From Chrysomallon squamiferum (Eukaryota; Animalia; Mollusca): a stretch of DNA of 64,000 nucleotides. The notes beneath the pieces were generated by a model. It was given only the letters and a program-made list of their open reading frames with translations. It ran no database searches and was not told where the DNA came from. Where the stretch lies: assembly GCA_012295275.1 (NCBI GenBank), contig CM022677.1, positions 7,254,001 to 7,318,000 on the forward strand, read 5' to 3'. Each line of letters starts with the position of its first letter. Within the stretch, counting starts at the first letter, position 1. This document shows, piece after piece, positions 42,330-56,510 of the stretch. The translations under genes were made by a program, and so were the position numbers.

Positions 42330-43310
42330 AAGATGGTGTGACGTCAGTTACCAAAAGAAAAGAAAAAAGGATTCTACCTTTGCAGCAGTTTCTACTCAAT
42401 AATAGATATCTACTATGTTCCAAATTACTTTGAACAGAATTGATTGTATTATGAATAAATAGGAGTTGGTCTACAAGATCTTGAATGTCCTTAAGGTTAA
42501 AACTGAAATGTTTGTGAGGAGGTAAATAAACTGAACACATAGTTTTATGACTACAGACAATAAATTTAGTATTTTATGCAATTTTACTCTGGGGAAAATT
42601 TTCATTAACAAGAAAGAAAACTCTCTTGGAGATTCTGTTTTTGATTTCCTTGAATTTGTGACAGTAATAATATTACTGTCTTTGGGGGAAGTTTTCTGAA
42701 AACATTGGATTATATTTAACAACTACTTCATCAAAAGTGGATCAAATCAAGGGAGCCTGATGAGCCTCTTGAAAGATTTTTGGAATCCTGAGAGATCTGT
42801 ACTGATTTAGAATACTGTGTCTTTGCCTTAGCATTCTATTTCTTTGTTTTCTCTGAATGTCAGAAATCTTTTTACATTTATCCTCACCATTTGGCCATGT
42901 TAAGTCAGTCTAATAGCAGCAGCATATGACAAGTGCTACTAATTATGAAGATTATTCAACATTTTTCTAGCCTCAGGGAATTACAGATACAGATAAATAG
43001 TGCCATCTTTGTTCCTAGCAAAATTAAACAAATCAATAGCTGTTAGCTGCATGAACTCTGGACCAAAGTGAATAATTGTCAGTGGCAATGTACTCAGTTG
43101 CAGACATCAAACATGACTCAACCACCAGGATCCATCATCCACTTCACATGTCACATCTCACAACAAACAAGATGCCTCACTGAAGGAGTTGGTGCTGTTC
43201 TTAGTCATTTTAAGAATGTTCTTGTTTTCAATTGTATTTCTAAGAAATCATTGTACAACTTTAAAGTTATATGGTTTCAGGTTGTGGTTACAGTATACAA
43301 GTTATAAACC
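42330..43310 (-). mobile_element. Degenerate LINE remnant (I/Nimb-like ORF1 end + start of APE endonuclease)
   Basis: Minus-strand CSVYLPP...DIQDLVDQL endonuclease-like motif and SYAAA / TDLTWP ORF1-like motifs, heavily broken. Boundaries approximate. Confidence 0.55.
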
Positions 43311-43367
43311 TAGGATTACATGAAAGACAATGATATAATAAAAATAAAAGCAAAGAGTGTTCACATA

Positions 43368-44033
43368 CTCAAAATGTTCTTCAAGTACAGCCAATATGTG
43401 ATAAACAGGCTATAAAGGGTTTGTTTCAGGAACAATTAATATTCTAATTAGCTAAGTTGTTTAATATTTGTTTCATGATGATACGTTATAGAGATCACCT
43501 TAACGATATGTTTAAAAAATAATAAAAAAATAATAATAATAATAATAATTATAATTATAATAAAATCTTTCTAAACATTCTTATTAAGGCAGCTGACTGA
43601 CTTGACAGCTGAAAGCTATACATACTTTTCTTTATTATTTATTACAGCCACATGAAAAGCAGACATTCCATCACTGTTGAAAATGTCACATTTAATTTCT
43701 TCACCTTCATCAACATCTCACAGATGGGTAGTTGTTCATAGCATGGAGTGGCATCATTAACCCTTTGTCAGAACAAGCTCAATGTTTACATAATTAGAGA
43801 TCAACTTTTGAAAATAAATATGTAAAATTATATGATAAAGAAATAATTTTATAAATCACAATAAATTGACAATTAACAGATGCAATATGAAGTTAAAACT
43901 TCATTATAAAGCTACAAGAATAAATGTATCAAAGCAAAATTTGCAAACAGGAATAATAATTAGAAAAGGGCATTTTTTAAATTTAGGTAGCTTTCTGGGT
44001 TGTTATTTGTACATATACTGTGTCATTTTATTT

Positions 44034-44114
<81 letters not shown>

Positions 44115-47100
44115 AATACACATATAACCTGTGTGTTAACAACACAACCCTTGTCAATGAGGATTTTCACAATTTCTTCATTGTCTGCAGTCACTGCTTA
44201 GTGACATGGTGTCAGTCCTTTTTTATTCTTTTTGTTCATGTCAGCACCTTTATCAGTTAGGGTTTTCACAATTTCATCTTGGCCTCTGAAAAACATAATA
44301 ATCATGAAATGACACAATTTTGTATCTGTGTTATATAAAAGTATAATTATAGCTTTAAAGAGAATAGTGATGTGATAATTTAAAGATACACATTTAACAT
44401 GTGAAACCACATGGTGATGTGACATGTTATATAAAAATATAGCTTTATCTTACTGTTAAACAGCACGAGAAAGAGATGATTAATAAAGATATAGATATAA
44501 CTGACCATGAGGCAGAATAAAGAAATGATGTTATATAAATATATAGATATATCTTAATAAAACTGCATCATGAAATGATGTTATATAAAGATATAGATAT
44601 AATTTTCTAAAACAGCATTGTGAAATGATATAAAGATGCAGATATATCTTAATAAAATTGCATTATGAAATGAAATGATATTAAGTAATGATACAGATTT
44701 AATTTACTAGGAAACAGCTTGATTCAGTGATAATATATAAAGAAAGAAATTTAACTTAGTGTGAAATAATGTTAAATAAATACTCATCTTACTATAAAGC
44801 AGATAAATGTGTACAAATACAGATTTAACTTCCTCTGAAGTGATGTTATGTAAAGTTTAACTTACTGAGAAACAGCAAAATGAAGAGCAGTGTCTTGTTC
44901 TTCATCAACCAGATTTGGATCAGCTTTATATGATAAGAGAATTTTCACAACTTCACTGCTACCTGTGTAGCAAGCCAGTTGTAATGGACTGTTTGCATGG
45001 ATTCTTAAATAAATACTTCTGAAAAATAAAATAGAACAGTATAAAATGGAATTTCTTTACAGGAAAACAAATAAAACAATATAAATAAAAAAATATACAA
45101 ATAGATACATTTAAACATAAAGACAAGACCACAAATAGAAGATACTTTGTCAATTAAAAATGAATTAAAAACATTAAAGAGATACCTTTCAAAATTAAAT
45201 TAAATAAAGACTATATAAATTTTTCTTTAATTATATATATAAAAAATAAAAATAAAACATTTTAAATTAAAGTAAATAATACTAGATTACCTTCGTTAAC
45301 ATTGATCTAAAAAAATACCATGACTGTGCATCTTCATAATGAACTTTTTCTATTCTTGAGCCATTTATTTCAGTGACTGTTCCTGGCAATGGCAAATACT
45401 TAAAATAATAAATTAATTAATAAATTAATAAATAAATAAATAAAATTAAAAATAAACACTAAATAGAATCAATAAAATAGAACAAAAAAAGTACCGCTGT
45501 TATCCTTCAGTCAGAAACAGACAGACATTATGAAAATTGTTTATTTGAATGACAAAACAAATTTGAGTGCAGAAGAAAGGTACTTGCATAATTTCATATA
45601 TATATATAGACAGATAGATAGATAGATAGATAGATTTTTTTTTCATTATGTATTAATTGTAATGAATAAATTACATTTATGTTATAATTAATTAAAGTTA
45701 AATAAATACAAACATCAGATATCTTTTCATGGCACATTCCTTTAGTTTCTGACAAAAAAATGTCTTCACCACTTTGGCATCTATATCCATTTGTACCTTG
45801 TCTCCAGGTTTCAACTGATATTCTGACTGGCTTCTCACATCTAAACCCACAAAGTACTTTAGTTTATAATTTATCTTCATCATTATCCTCCTCATCATAA
45901 TCTCATCGCATGCATCATCATTATTAATAGTTGTTGTTTAAGAGTATTATCTGTGACAATTTAATCAAAGTAAAAAAAATGATATTAAAATAAAAGTCAA
46001 AAACTGTTATGAGCTTCTGTGGTACGTTTGTTACTGCTTCTTTTAAAATTAACTAAGATTATTAAAACTTAGTAAGAATAACAGGTTTATGCAGACCAAA
46101 AAAGTTGGTTTTAATTAGTTTGTTAATTTATCACTTTGATAGTATTGTTGTTATGTATTTGCTGGTAGTTCAAGAAACACACCTAACACAGGAAGATGCT
46201 GTGGAAAGTAATACATGCCTTGTGTTTCAGCAAACAGAATGAGATCCATACAACCTTCTCCTCCACATCTGTAGGTATTCCTTGAACCTTTTTGCATTTA
46301 ACTTCAACACCACCTCTATAACTATTTCTTCCCCACTTCACTAAATGTATGACATCACCAGCTCCTTCACCTAAATTTGAAGAACAAAATAAAAGAAAAC
46401 ATCTTTGAAAAGATGCAAAACAGATTCTTTCAAACTTCACATTTCATAATTTTCATACCAGAAAAGGATATTTGTTATATGGACTTAAATGAAATCAGTA
46501 TAATTAATTACCTTTATAATTACAAAATAGTGTGATGCTTATTGTCACAATTATTATAGGGGAAAGTTAATCAGGCTTCAACTGTTATCTTTGTTGATAT
46601 CCCACCAATCAGCCCATTACACATCAAGGCTGAATTTAAATACACCATATAATTTAAATAAACTAACAAAGATTTAAACAATATATTTTATGATTTGCAT
46701 AAAATTACTACGGTCCTTGGTGTAAATTTTTCTAATTGTAAATTTTAAAACCAAATAAATCCTTTTTTTTAACCATAAATCTATCTTAACAGAGTACTGA
46801 CCTCACTGTGAACTCTTTATTGAAAGAATACTTACAATCCTGATTACTCCACTTCCAGTGTAACCCTCTCTTAACACTAGCACCTGGCAAAATTCCATGT
46901 AAAGTTTCTAGTTTTAGCAACTTTCTTGAATCAATAGGCACTCTAAGAGAAATGAACATTTTTAAGCAGTAATACATTCCTTTTTAAAATCATTTGTGAA
47001 GATAAACAGGTTTTAAATTCAAAATAAAATAAATGTACAAAACTGTTAACAGTAAAAGGCCTTTTTAATTTTTGTTTTTAAATTATATTATTTTTTATAT

Positions 47101-47321
47101 GTTTTTTCTTTGTTGTTTTATTCATGTAATCTCAGTTTTGCTGACTTACAGTGTAGATGTCTGTGTTTGATGGAGAAGGAAAGGATGACTAAGATCATGT
47201 TTTCCACTCATGTAACACAGAGTGCAAAGGTCGAAGTCACAGCAGGTTGCACACTTCCAGCGCATACCTTCTATTGGTTCCATTTTGCAAACATCACATG
47301 TAATATTATCATGAACACAAC
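43368..47321 (-). pseudogene. MIB2-like (Mind bomb family) gene remnant: ZZ finger, MIB_HERC2, MIB repeat, ankyrin repeats
   Basis: Exons 47150-47321 (CDVC..IEGMRWKCATCCDFDLCTLCY..KHDLSHPF), 46836-46942 (GILPGASVKRGLHWKWSNQD), 46183-46370 (188 nt, 1-nt frameshift; ..NTYRCGGEGCMDL..HLPVLG), 45714-45840 (PGDKV; frameshift), 45291-45398, ~44866-45018 (SPLQLAC...DTALHFAV), 44129-44285 (in-frame TAA 44198-44200), ~43626-43790. Confidence 0.88.
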
Positions 47322-48617
47322 CTAAAAATTACATATTGTTCTTGTGAGTTGATGATGATGATAATAATAATAAACAATAAATAAATAAATAAATAATCAT
47401 TACGTTCTAAAGATGATAAATATAATCTGACAGAGTGTCTGACATACAAAAACTTGTTACACTAAGTATTGATTGCAAATTATAATTAGTCTTAGATTAC
47501 CATTATGGTTATTTATAACTACAAACTAATAATTTATTAGCGAGAAAACAAAATTACTCCAAGCTTGTTTACCTCTGTAGAAAATAAAATTACATTTTTG
47601 CTTTGGTTGTCTTTAACATTCTTGATTCAATGTTTTAATTTATTTTTATTTTTATTTTTTAGAGATAGTTTAATTTTTGTTCTGAATTCGGACACTAGTG
47701 ACATACGACATCTACAGAAGGGACATAACTGATGCTGTATTTCCGCATGATTTTCATGATTGAGAGATTGCGATTTGTCAGAACATGTTTTAGCAATCTA
47801 TAAACAGTTGTCGAATAATTAAAAGTTCCTGACCATACAGTTTAAAGTCTGTAAAATGTTAGTAAAACTAGGTATAATATATCAGAGCTGTGGCCTTCTA
47901 TTAATAGTATGACGGAAGAGGGATAACTCTAAAGAGAATGGCAGGGTACACGGATGAAATATGGAAAGACTGATAATAAATCAAGTGAAATATTACATGC
48001 ATGTAGTTATTAAAATGCAGTAGTCTATATTCCCGCAAAAAGAATGTTCCTCAAAAAATATTAGTAGGTTCTTTTCCAAATAACACCATTTTCAGTTTCA
48101 GTACAGTGCAAAAGATGACTTTGACAATAAACTCTGACATAAGATAACTAATTTAAGAAAATATAGAAACAGTTCTTAAAGGAATAAAGTAATGACGGTA
48201 AAGATATCATTTTTGTTAATGATTAAAATTTCTTGAAAAATCAACTATTTACAAACGTTTTGTTCGTTTCTTGGTATGTACTCAGAAACGCCTCTTTTCA
48301 TGATCAGAAATACAGTTCTAACCTATTTTTATTGACATTTGAACGCTTGATTTATTCTCTATTTGACGTCATATCTGTATAAAAAATGCATGAATGGAAA
48401 ATTTGAAGTCCTATCGTACTGTTTATTGCTTGAAAGTTCCTTGTAATGTGAAGAAAGCGTTTAATCTCAGTCTGAAATAAGTTTTAGAAATATGTATGTG
48501 TGTGTGCGACAGAGGGACAAAGTAAGCGAGAGAGACAAAGAGATGGAACGAGATAGAGAAAATTGACTGAGACTGTCAAAGAATACAGGCTTGATACTGT
48601 GAAATAAGTTATCTGTG

Positions 48618-48662
<45 letters not shown>

Positions 48663-49895
48663 TGGTGTTCATTTGACTGTGTGGGTCGGGGTTCATGTGA
48701 ATGTGTGTTTCTCTGTGAGAGACAGAGATATTATATCCATAGATGAGCCTTCCATTTCACAGTCGGAATCTGAAATACCCGGGGAAACTATACTATTATA
48801 GGGACATTATGATCTTAATTATTACACTAGATGGAACTTTATAAAGGATAAATTTAACCATGAAGTAAACTGTGAGTAAAATTGTAATAACTGAAACTAA
48901 TAAAATTTACGACAGAAATATTAGACAATGTGATGGATGTTTATGCCAAATGCTGTTCGTTACATTAGCAGTAGTCAGACTGAGTCTCCGCTGTTGTAGT
49001 AAAGTCCCATCACTGTCACGTGGCCCTAAGCCTATGGTTCAGTGAAAATGCATGATACCATCACTATTTTTTGTTATCAATTTTCATTATTATCTTTTTA
49101 AATTAATGACAAACATGTTAAAATATTTCAGTAATGAGCACAGACAAATGTTGTGATTAATGAATGAAATATATTGAATTAGATCGCTTTAATTATGATA
49201 TTCGGATTTTTTTTCTTTTCATTTTTTTTATTTTTTTTATTTTGAGATAATATGAATATAATTATACCTAAACTAATTAAAAGTATTTTATGCGTTTTGA
49301 TTTTTAAGAATAGTCAACCAGAATTTCGTTAAATACCATGGAATAAATAACAATTATGGAGTAAAATCAAAATAAAATAGCAAAAATAACAAAACGTTTT
49401 CAAAAAAACCTTTAAACTGCTATTAAACATATATCATTCTCTTATTGCTGAAAATGGCGTTACGGCAATTAAATTCAGAACTTCTCGAAGGATATTTTCC
49501 CTTAACTATACCATGTATTTTGTAAGTTTAATTTTATTTTTAAATTACTTTTAAACTTTTAAAATTTTAGTCTTCCTTTTTACATTTAGAGAAAAAAATA
49601 AAAAGAGCTCTGGTACTATACATGATGTGCAACATAATCTTTTACCTGAGGTTTTTCTTTTGTTTCTTTTAATTTTATTTTGCTCAATATTATGTTGATT
49701 TCTACAGTTTGAAATAGTAATCATATTGAAGTGTAGATAATTAGTGTGATGTGAATATCTTTGATACTTAATTACTTGCATACGACTAAATAAACAGTAA
49801 ATAAACTATTATTATATCTGTTATAATTGTTATTAATATATCATCATTATCATCATCATCACTGATAATATTAATTATAAAAATATTATTATTAT

Positions 49896-49927
<32 letters not shown>

Positions 49928-51236
49928 ATAATAATAATAGTATCCGAATCAATGTTCTTATTATATGTATTATTATTGTTTCTGTTATTTCAGAACTTTA
50001 CTGGACCAGCTAAAGGTTGTGAGCAAACCACTGACAGAAATGTAATCTCAGGAGCAAGTTGTCTGTTCTTAGTCAAAATCAGATGGTCTCTATGGTGACT
50101 AACGATGCAGATGCCAAGACCTACAAAGCAAAAGTTATTTTAATTATGTAATCAAGCGTTCATATTTAAGATTAGTTTTAGCATTTGTTCAGTGTTAATT
50201 TAGATTTAGGTTTATCGTTAGCTTTGGTTAGATATTACACTTTTTTTTTTTTTTTTTCAGGATACAGACAGAAAAATTATCTTATGTGATTATTACTCAA
50301 AGATAAATTTCTGAGTGTGAGTTTATATCTTTAATAGCACCATTTAAAAGTTGATAATTATTTTTGAAGGAGAGATCAATTAAATACTGTATTATTTTCA
50401 GTTATTTTGTTTTATTTGAATTTGTAGTTGTAAAACAAATAGTCTCAAATGTTTACCAATCTTTACTGAAAATTAAGTATAATATAAAAAAAGTTCAGTT
50501 TTGTCTGGAATATATTACATTTCTAGTATACCTTTTATACATTTTGTTTTAAAAGAGAAGTTGATCATATTTACTGAAACTAATATTTGTAAACTATAAC
50601 CAGATTTTTCTTGTTACAGTAGAAAATATTTAGCTTTTCTTTGTAAACAATGTCCATTTCTAATTATAATATTTGTGTTATTCATCAATACAGTGAAAAC
50701 AAAATAATATTGTTTTATTGCTGTCTGATAACCTACATTTTAAATATCGGTGTAGTCAAAATAATTCCTGTAGAAACCAACTCCTAATTATGACACTTGA
50801 ATATTAATTTTTCAATTATCAAATAGGATTTTAAATTTAATTTTCAGATTCATCTTTGACTGTGAATGAAGCTGATATAAAACAATGCATGGAGTTAAAA
50901 TAAAACACAGCATCTCAGAGAATGTTGACTGCAGTTCTACATCTAAAAATATTGCTATTGATTTAAAGTCAAAATTATTGTTAATTTTCTTGATACATAT
51001 ATGTAGTTTTTGAATCATTATCATTATTTTTTTACTGTCCTTTTTATTGTTAGTATTAATTAGTAATTTATTATTCCTTTTCTTTCGCTGTGAATTGTTG
51101 TTATAATGATTATAGGCTTTCCTCTTATTATTATAGTTATATTTACTACTATTATTATATTTATTTTTATTACTGTTATTATATTTTCAGAACTATGAAA
51201 CTCCATCAAAATACAAAAAGATGTTTGATCATAAGA

Positions 51237-51932
51237 AAACTGATAACTTCTAAACACTGATGATCTGAGACATCGGTTGATAAAACTGATAACTTCTAAA
51301 CACTGATGATCTGAGACATCGGTTGATAAAACTGATAACTTCTAAACACTGATGATCTGAGACATCGGTTGATAAAACTGATAACTTCTAAACACTGATG
51401 ATCTGAGACATCGGTTGATAAAACTGATAACTTCTAAACACTGATGATCTGAGACATCGGTTGATAAAACTGATAACTTGTAAACACTGATGATCTGAGA
51501 CATCGGTTGATAAAACTGATAACTTGTAAACACTGATGATCTGAGACATCGGTTGATAAAACTGATAACTTGTAAACACTGATGATCTGAGACATCGGTT
51601 GATAAAACTGATAACTTCTAAACACTGATGATCTGAGACATCGGTTGATAAAACTGATAACTTGTAAACACTGATGATCTGAGACATCGGTTGATAAAAC
51701 TGATAACTTGTAAACACTGATGATCTGAGACATCGGTTGATAAAACTGATAACTTCTAAACACTGATGATCTGAGACATCGGTTGATAAAACTGATAACT
51801 TCTAAACACTGATGATCTGAGACATCGGTTGATAAAACTGATAACTTGTAAACACTGATGATCTGAGACATCGGTTGATAAAACTGATAACTTCTAAACA
51901 CTGATGATCTGAGACATCGGTTGATAAAACTG
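51237..51932. repeat. 46-bp minisatellite, 15 near-identical units
   Basis: aaactgataactt(c/g)taaacactgatgatctgagacatcggttgata with a single variable position. Confidence 0.97.
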
Positions 51933-52694
51933 AGCTGGTTGATACGCTCATCAGACGTGTAGACGAAACAAACAGTGTAAGACAGGTGAATGTTTTACAC
52001 AGATGTATTTTTATTGTGATTTTTACTTACTAATTACAAGCTGTAATTATAATTTTTTTTGTTTTAAATACATTAAATATTATCAGCAATTATGATGGTG
52101 ACATTTAATTTAATTTTTGTTTTAAATACATTAAATATTATCAGCAATTATGATGGTGACATTTAATTTAATTTTTGTTTTTAACTTATTTTTTAATTTA
52201 ATTTAATTTAATTAGTAGCAAAAATGCATTAAATGTATATTTTGTTGTCAAAGTATGTGCTGTGTATGGATAAGTAAATGTGAGTTTGTGTAGTTGTGTA
52301 TGCTCTTTTACTATTATTATGAAAACATTTGTAAATATATTTGTTGATATTTTTTGGGGGTTGATTAAGTCAAATTTTGTAAATAGGCAAAGAAAATAGT
52401 TTAAGTAAGTGTATTCTTTTCCTGTTATTAACTCAAAAAAATATATATTTAACTGTACAAACTGTCCTTCTGATAAAATTTGATTTGAAATTTCTTGAAT
52501 TTCTGCTGTCAAAGTATTTGAGTGTACATAGTCTTTTACTAATATTAAATAAAAAGATGTGATTATATCTCTAGAAACTGACTTGTTTTGTTTTTGAAAT
52601 TTCTTGTTGTCAAATTATGTTAGTACATATGTTCTTTCAACTCACAATGTCCAAATACAGAAAGGAGAAATAAAGAACAACAACAAAAATGTGG

Positions 52695-52759
52695 TTCCCA
52701 AGCAGAGAATTGAACCCCAGGCGTCGCAGTGAGAGTGTGAAATACTAGACCACTTGGGA
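52695..52759 (-). pseudogene. tRNA-Glu(CTC) pseudogene with D-arm deletion
   Basis: Minus strand TCCCAAGTGGTCTAGT-ATTTCACA CTCTCAC TGCGACGCCTGGGGTTCAATTCTCTGCTTGGGAA: perfect 7-bp acceptor stem, CTC anticodon loop, B-box-like GGTTCAATTC, and TTTTT just downstream. About 7 nt of the D arm are missing. Confidence 0.75.
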
Positions 52760-54184
52760 TGGTGCTAAATGTTTCCAAGCGTACATTGTTAAGCACGAAA
52801 TCTTATAAATAGTACAAACAGGACTGGTAATAGCAAATGTAAGTTAAGTGAAAATATTAAGGTTATATGTCTTTCACAATTTATTGAAATTTCATAAAAT
52901 TAATAAATTAACTAATAAAGTATTAATTATTAATACTAGTAGTAGCAGTAGTTAAAAAAGATCAAATGAGAGATAACAACAAACATAATGGTGAGGAAAA
53001 ATTTACTTTTAGCCTGATTCGTCTGCTTTTTTTCTGAACTGACAAGAGTAATTCAACACATATTCAACTTCTCATAAACAGAAAAGTTCATGCAAGATCA
53101 AGGGGAAATAATCCTTTCAGCAAACTGACGGCTGCTTATATACGGAATAATAATAAAACATAATAGATAGTTTTATTACACAATTATATGAATTAGAATA
53201 GAATAAATTATAATAATGAAGTTGATGGAAGTAAAACTTGGTAAATTCTCGTCAAACTACATGCATCATTGAATATTAGAATTAGAATATGTACACATAA
53301 AAATAAAGTAAAAATAATAATAATAACAATGCTGATTAAAGATTGTTATACAAATTTATTATCCAGTTTAATTAGTTTTCATATATTGAATATGATTATT
53401 AATAAAATTATTTCAACAAACAGAAATGATGTATTAGTACAAAATTTACGGTAATAATTAACTATAACCTGCTAAAACAAATATCATTAAAAACAAATAT
53501 AATATAAAATGTTTCAAAATATTAATCAAATTGAACTACATATATTTATAACAAATAGCAGAGACTAAATAAATAAATAAATAAATAAATATGAGTTTAT
53601 GTAAAGTTAAGACTATAAAAATCTATTCTAGTAGTGAAAATCTAGAAATCAAGTTATATCCATTATCAGTAAAAATCTGTAACAAAGTTGACACCAGTCA
53701 TCTTCATATAAAACTATAAGACATTAAGTAGAAAACACAAATGTGCTATATATATATATATTGATGAAAATTAAATCTTAACAGTAAAATCTCAAAAAAT
53801 AAAAAAGAGAGAAAAAATTAAAAGAGTAAATAATAATAAAAAAAAACTAAATATAAATAAATAAATATGGGACAGTATTTAGTATTTATACATTTTTTTC
53901 ATATTGTTGAAATCACTTAATTGTACACCTTTAATTTTTCTACTGCATAGACTTTATAAATTGTCACTGTAATTATGTAACAAATGATTTTAATTTACTT
54001 CTCACGACTTCACACAAAATGTTGTATTTAAGTTGACAGTGTAAGAAAAACAGTTTATACATTCGTGCAGCATCACATAGTTCCTTTTTTGTGACTATGG
54101 ATTGCTATTGATAATAACCATCCTTACTATAATTATGATTTATTATCGTTATTGTTCTTACAACAACACTTATCTCTATATACC

Positions 54185-54555
54185 TAATGTCATTATACAC
54201 TCCTGTCAATAAACATCTCTGCATAATTAATGTTATTACACACTCCTGTCAATAAAGATCTCTGCATAATTAATGTCATGACACACTACTGACAATAAAG
54301 ACATCTGCATAATTAATGTCATGACACACTACTGACAATAAATATATCTGCATAATTAATGACATGACACACTACTGACAATAAAGACATCTGCATAATT
54401 AATGTCATGACACACTACTGACAATAAAGATATCTGCATAATTAATGTCATGACACACTACTGACAATAAAGACATCTGCATAATTAGTAGCATGACACA
54501 CTACTGACAATAAACATCTCTGAATTAATGTTATTACACTGCTGACAATAAACAT
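54185..54555. repeat. 43-bp minisatellite, ~8 units
   Basis: taattaatgtcatgacacactactgacaataaagacatctgca in tandem, degenerating at the edges. Confidence 0.9.
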
Positions 54556-54755
54556 ATCTATATAGTTATTATTATTATATGCTATGGTTAGCAAACATCT
54601 ATGTATAACTATTATTATTAACAGATCTGTGTATAATTACTGTTATTACTTGCTATTAAAACAAGCATCTAAAATATTAGAATCATTATTATTGTTCCTT
54701 ATATATATATAGAAACCAAAAATAGTCACCATTTCACCAATCGAAGTGGGAGATT

Positions 54756-54850
54756 TCATTCCATTAGCTGTTCAGTTATCTCACTTTGTTCAGAAATAAT
54801 TTGTTTCATCCTCTTTTTTTTTTCGTTCATCAAAGATTTAGTGTTGCTAG
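54756..54850 (-). CDS. Asteroid/FAM120-like last coding exon
   Basis: gttccag acceptor, phase 1, (A)SNTKSLMNEKKKRMKQIISEQSEITEQLME*. Confidence 0.7.
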
Positions 54851-55265
54851 CTGGAACAAAAAATTAAGAGATACCCAAAATACAATATCATTAGTAAAAT
54901 CATAAATGTAATATAAATAACATTAGGAGACTCTGATTATATTCTAATGAGTATGTTGTCGTCGTATCAATCACTTTAACATTTATATACCACAAAATGG
55001 ACGATTTTGCAATGTCAGTTTACTGGAATAAAAGAGTGCGCACACTAGTAAGCATAAACCTCCTACTTTGGGAATACAGTAATGATCTGATATGTGAAAA
55101 CCCTGATACTTCTGAAACCTGTTTGGGCTTTAATACTTACTGTGAATGTTAATGATATGGTGCAATGGGTATGTGGATGTATGTATGTATGTATGTATGT
55201 GTTTATGTGTATGTATGTATGTAAGTATGTATGTGTTTATGTGTGTGTATGTATGTATGTATGTA

Positions 55266-55298
<33 letters not shown>

Positions 55299-55351
55299 GT
55301 GTATGTAAGTATGTATGTATGTGTTTATGTGTGTGTGTATGTATGTATGTA

Positions 55352-55383
<32 letters not shown>

Positions 55384-55733
55384 CACATACAATCACACAA
55401 TCAAAAAAATGTAGATAGAGATATTCATACATACAAATATACAAACATATATACATACATATACAAAGATATAAACAGAAAATAAAATTTTATATCAGTC
55501 TATTTTTAAACACTGAAGTGTTTGTTTTTTAAATTATTTTTAATTTACTTAATTATATTTTATTCTTTCTAAGTTATTACATTTTATATATACTTTATTT
55601 ATTTAATTCTTTTTAATTTATTTAATTTTAAACATACATTATATTATTTATGTCTTAATTCATTACATATACTTATTTCTACTAATCTAAGGTTACCAGT
55701 AGTGTAATTTCAAAAATGAATATATTAACTTAC

Positions 55734-55860
55734 CTGTATCAGTAGAACAATAATAAAATGTTGTCCAAACCGATCCTGAAAATGTTTCATGAGGAAGGGG
55801 AAACTCCTCAGACAAATACAAAATCTTTCCCAGTAATGTATAAGCATGGTAATAAATGTC
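55734..55860 (-). CDS. Asteroid/FAM120-like exon 7
   Basis: ttctag acceptor, G|gtaagt donor, 127 nt, DIYYHAYTLLGKILYL..FPLPHETFSGSVW. Confidence 0.85.
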
Positions 55861-56510
55861 CTAGAAGTAAACATGATATTTTAAATTAGTTTTATCACTT
55901 TAAATATATATTAATATAAACTCTATCATATATAAACATATGTACACAGACATCTTTTTTATTTTATTGACAATAACGGCAGTTTGCAATATGACTAAAA
56001 TAGGCCAATTTGGCCACAAAGCAATTTTTTAATATATCTGAAATCCATGACCGAATTTAATTCACACGACTTTTGACTCCCTACTCTTTTACACCCATTC
56101 TGTAGTTCAATTTTGACAAGCAAAGAAAACTGATCCGATTGTAATGAAACTACTACTACTACTAATACTACTACTACTACTACTAATAATAACAGTAATA
56201 ATAATAATAGATAAATAAATAAATAAATAAATAAATAATATCCTGTTTTCCTACTTACCTTCCTTATTTATTATTATTTTTTTATTTATTTATTTACTTT
56301 ATTATAATTTTATTTATTATTATATTTTATTGCATCAAAAGAACAAATCATTAAAATTTAGAGAAATATTTCTTATTTCTACTAACACCTCACACGGGTA
56401 TGCAAATATTATTTTACTAACACAAACGAACAATCTATTCTTGTTCAAACTTACAGAAATAGCTATCTATCTGTCCTCTCTATTTTAATTTGATATTTGA
56501 AAATATTAAC

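Noticed and set aside
49990-50120. Minus-strand exon-like stretch with faint WD40 resemblance (VLASAS...)
   Set aside because: The resemblance needs several assumed mutations and I could not link it to neighbouring exons.
51237-51932. CRISPR-like array or real proteins from ORFs 51342-51901
   Set aside because: Units are head-to-tail with no unique spacers and no cas genes. The ORFs are just translations of the 46-bp repeat.
55094-55418. Cys/Val/Tyr-rich ORFs (also 7392-7686, 13856-14078, 34684-35207, 40249-40521, 62164-62573)
   Set aside because: Translations of microsatellites and other low-complexity DNA.
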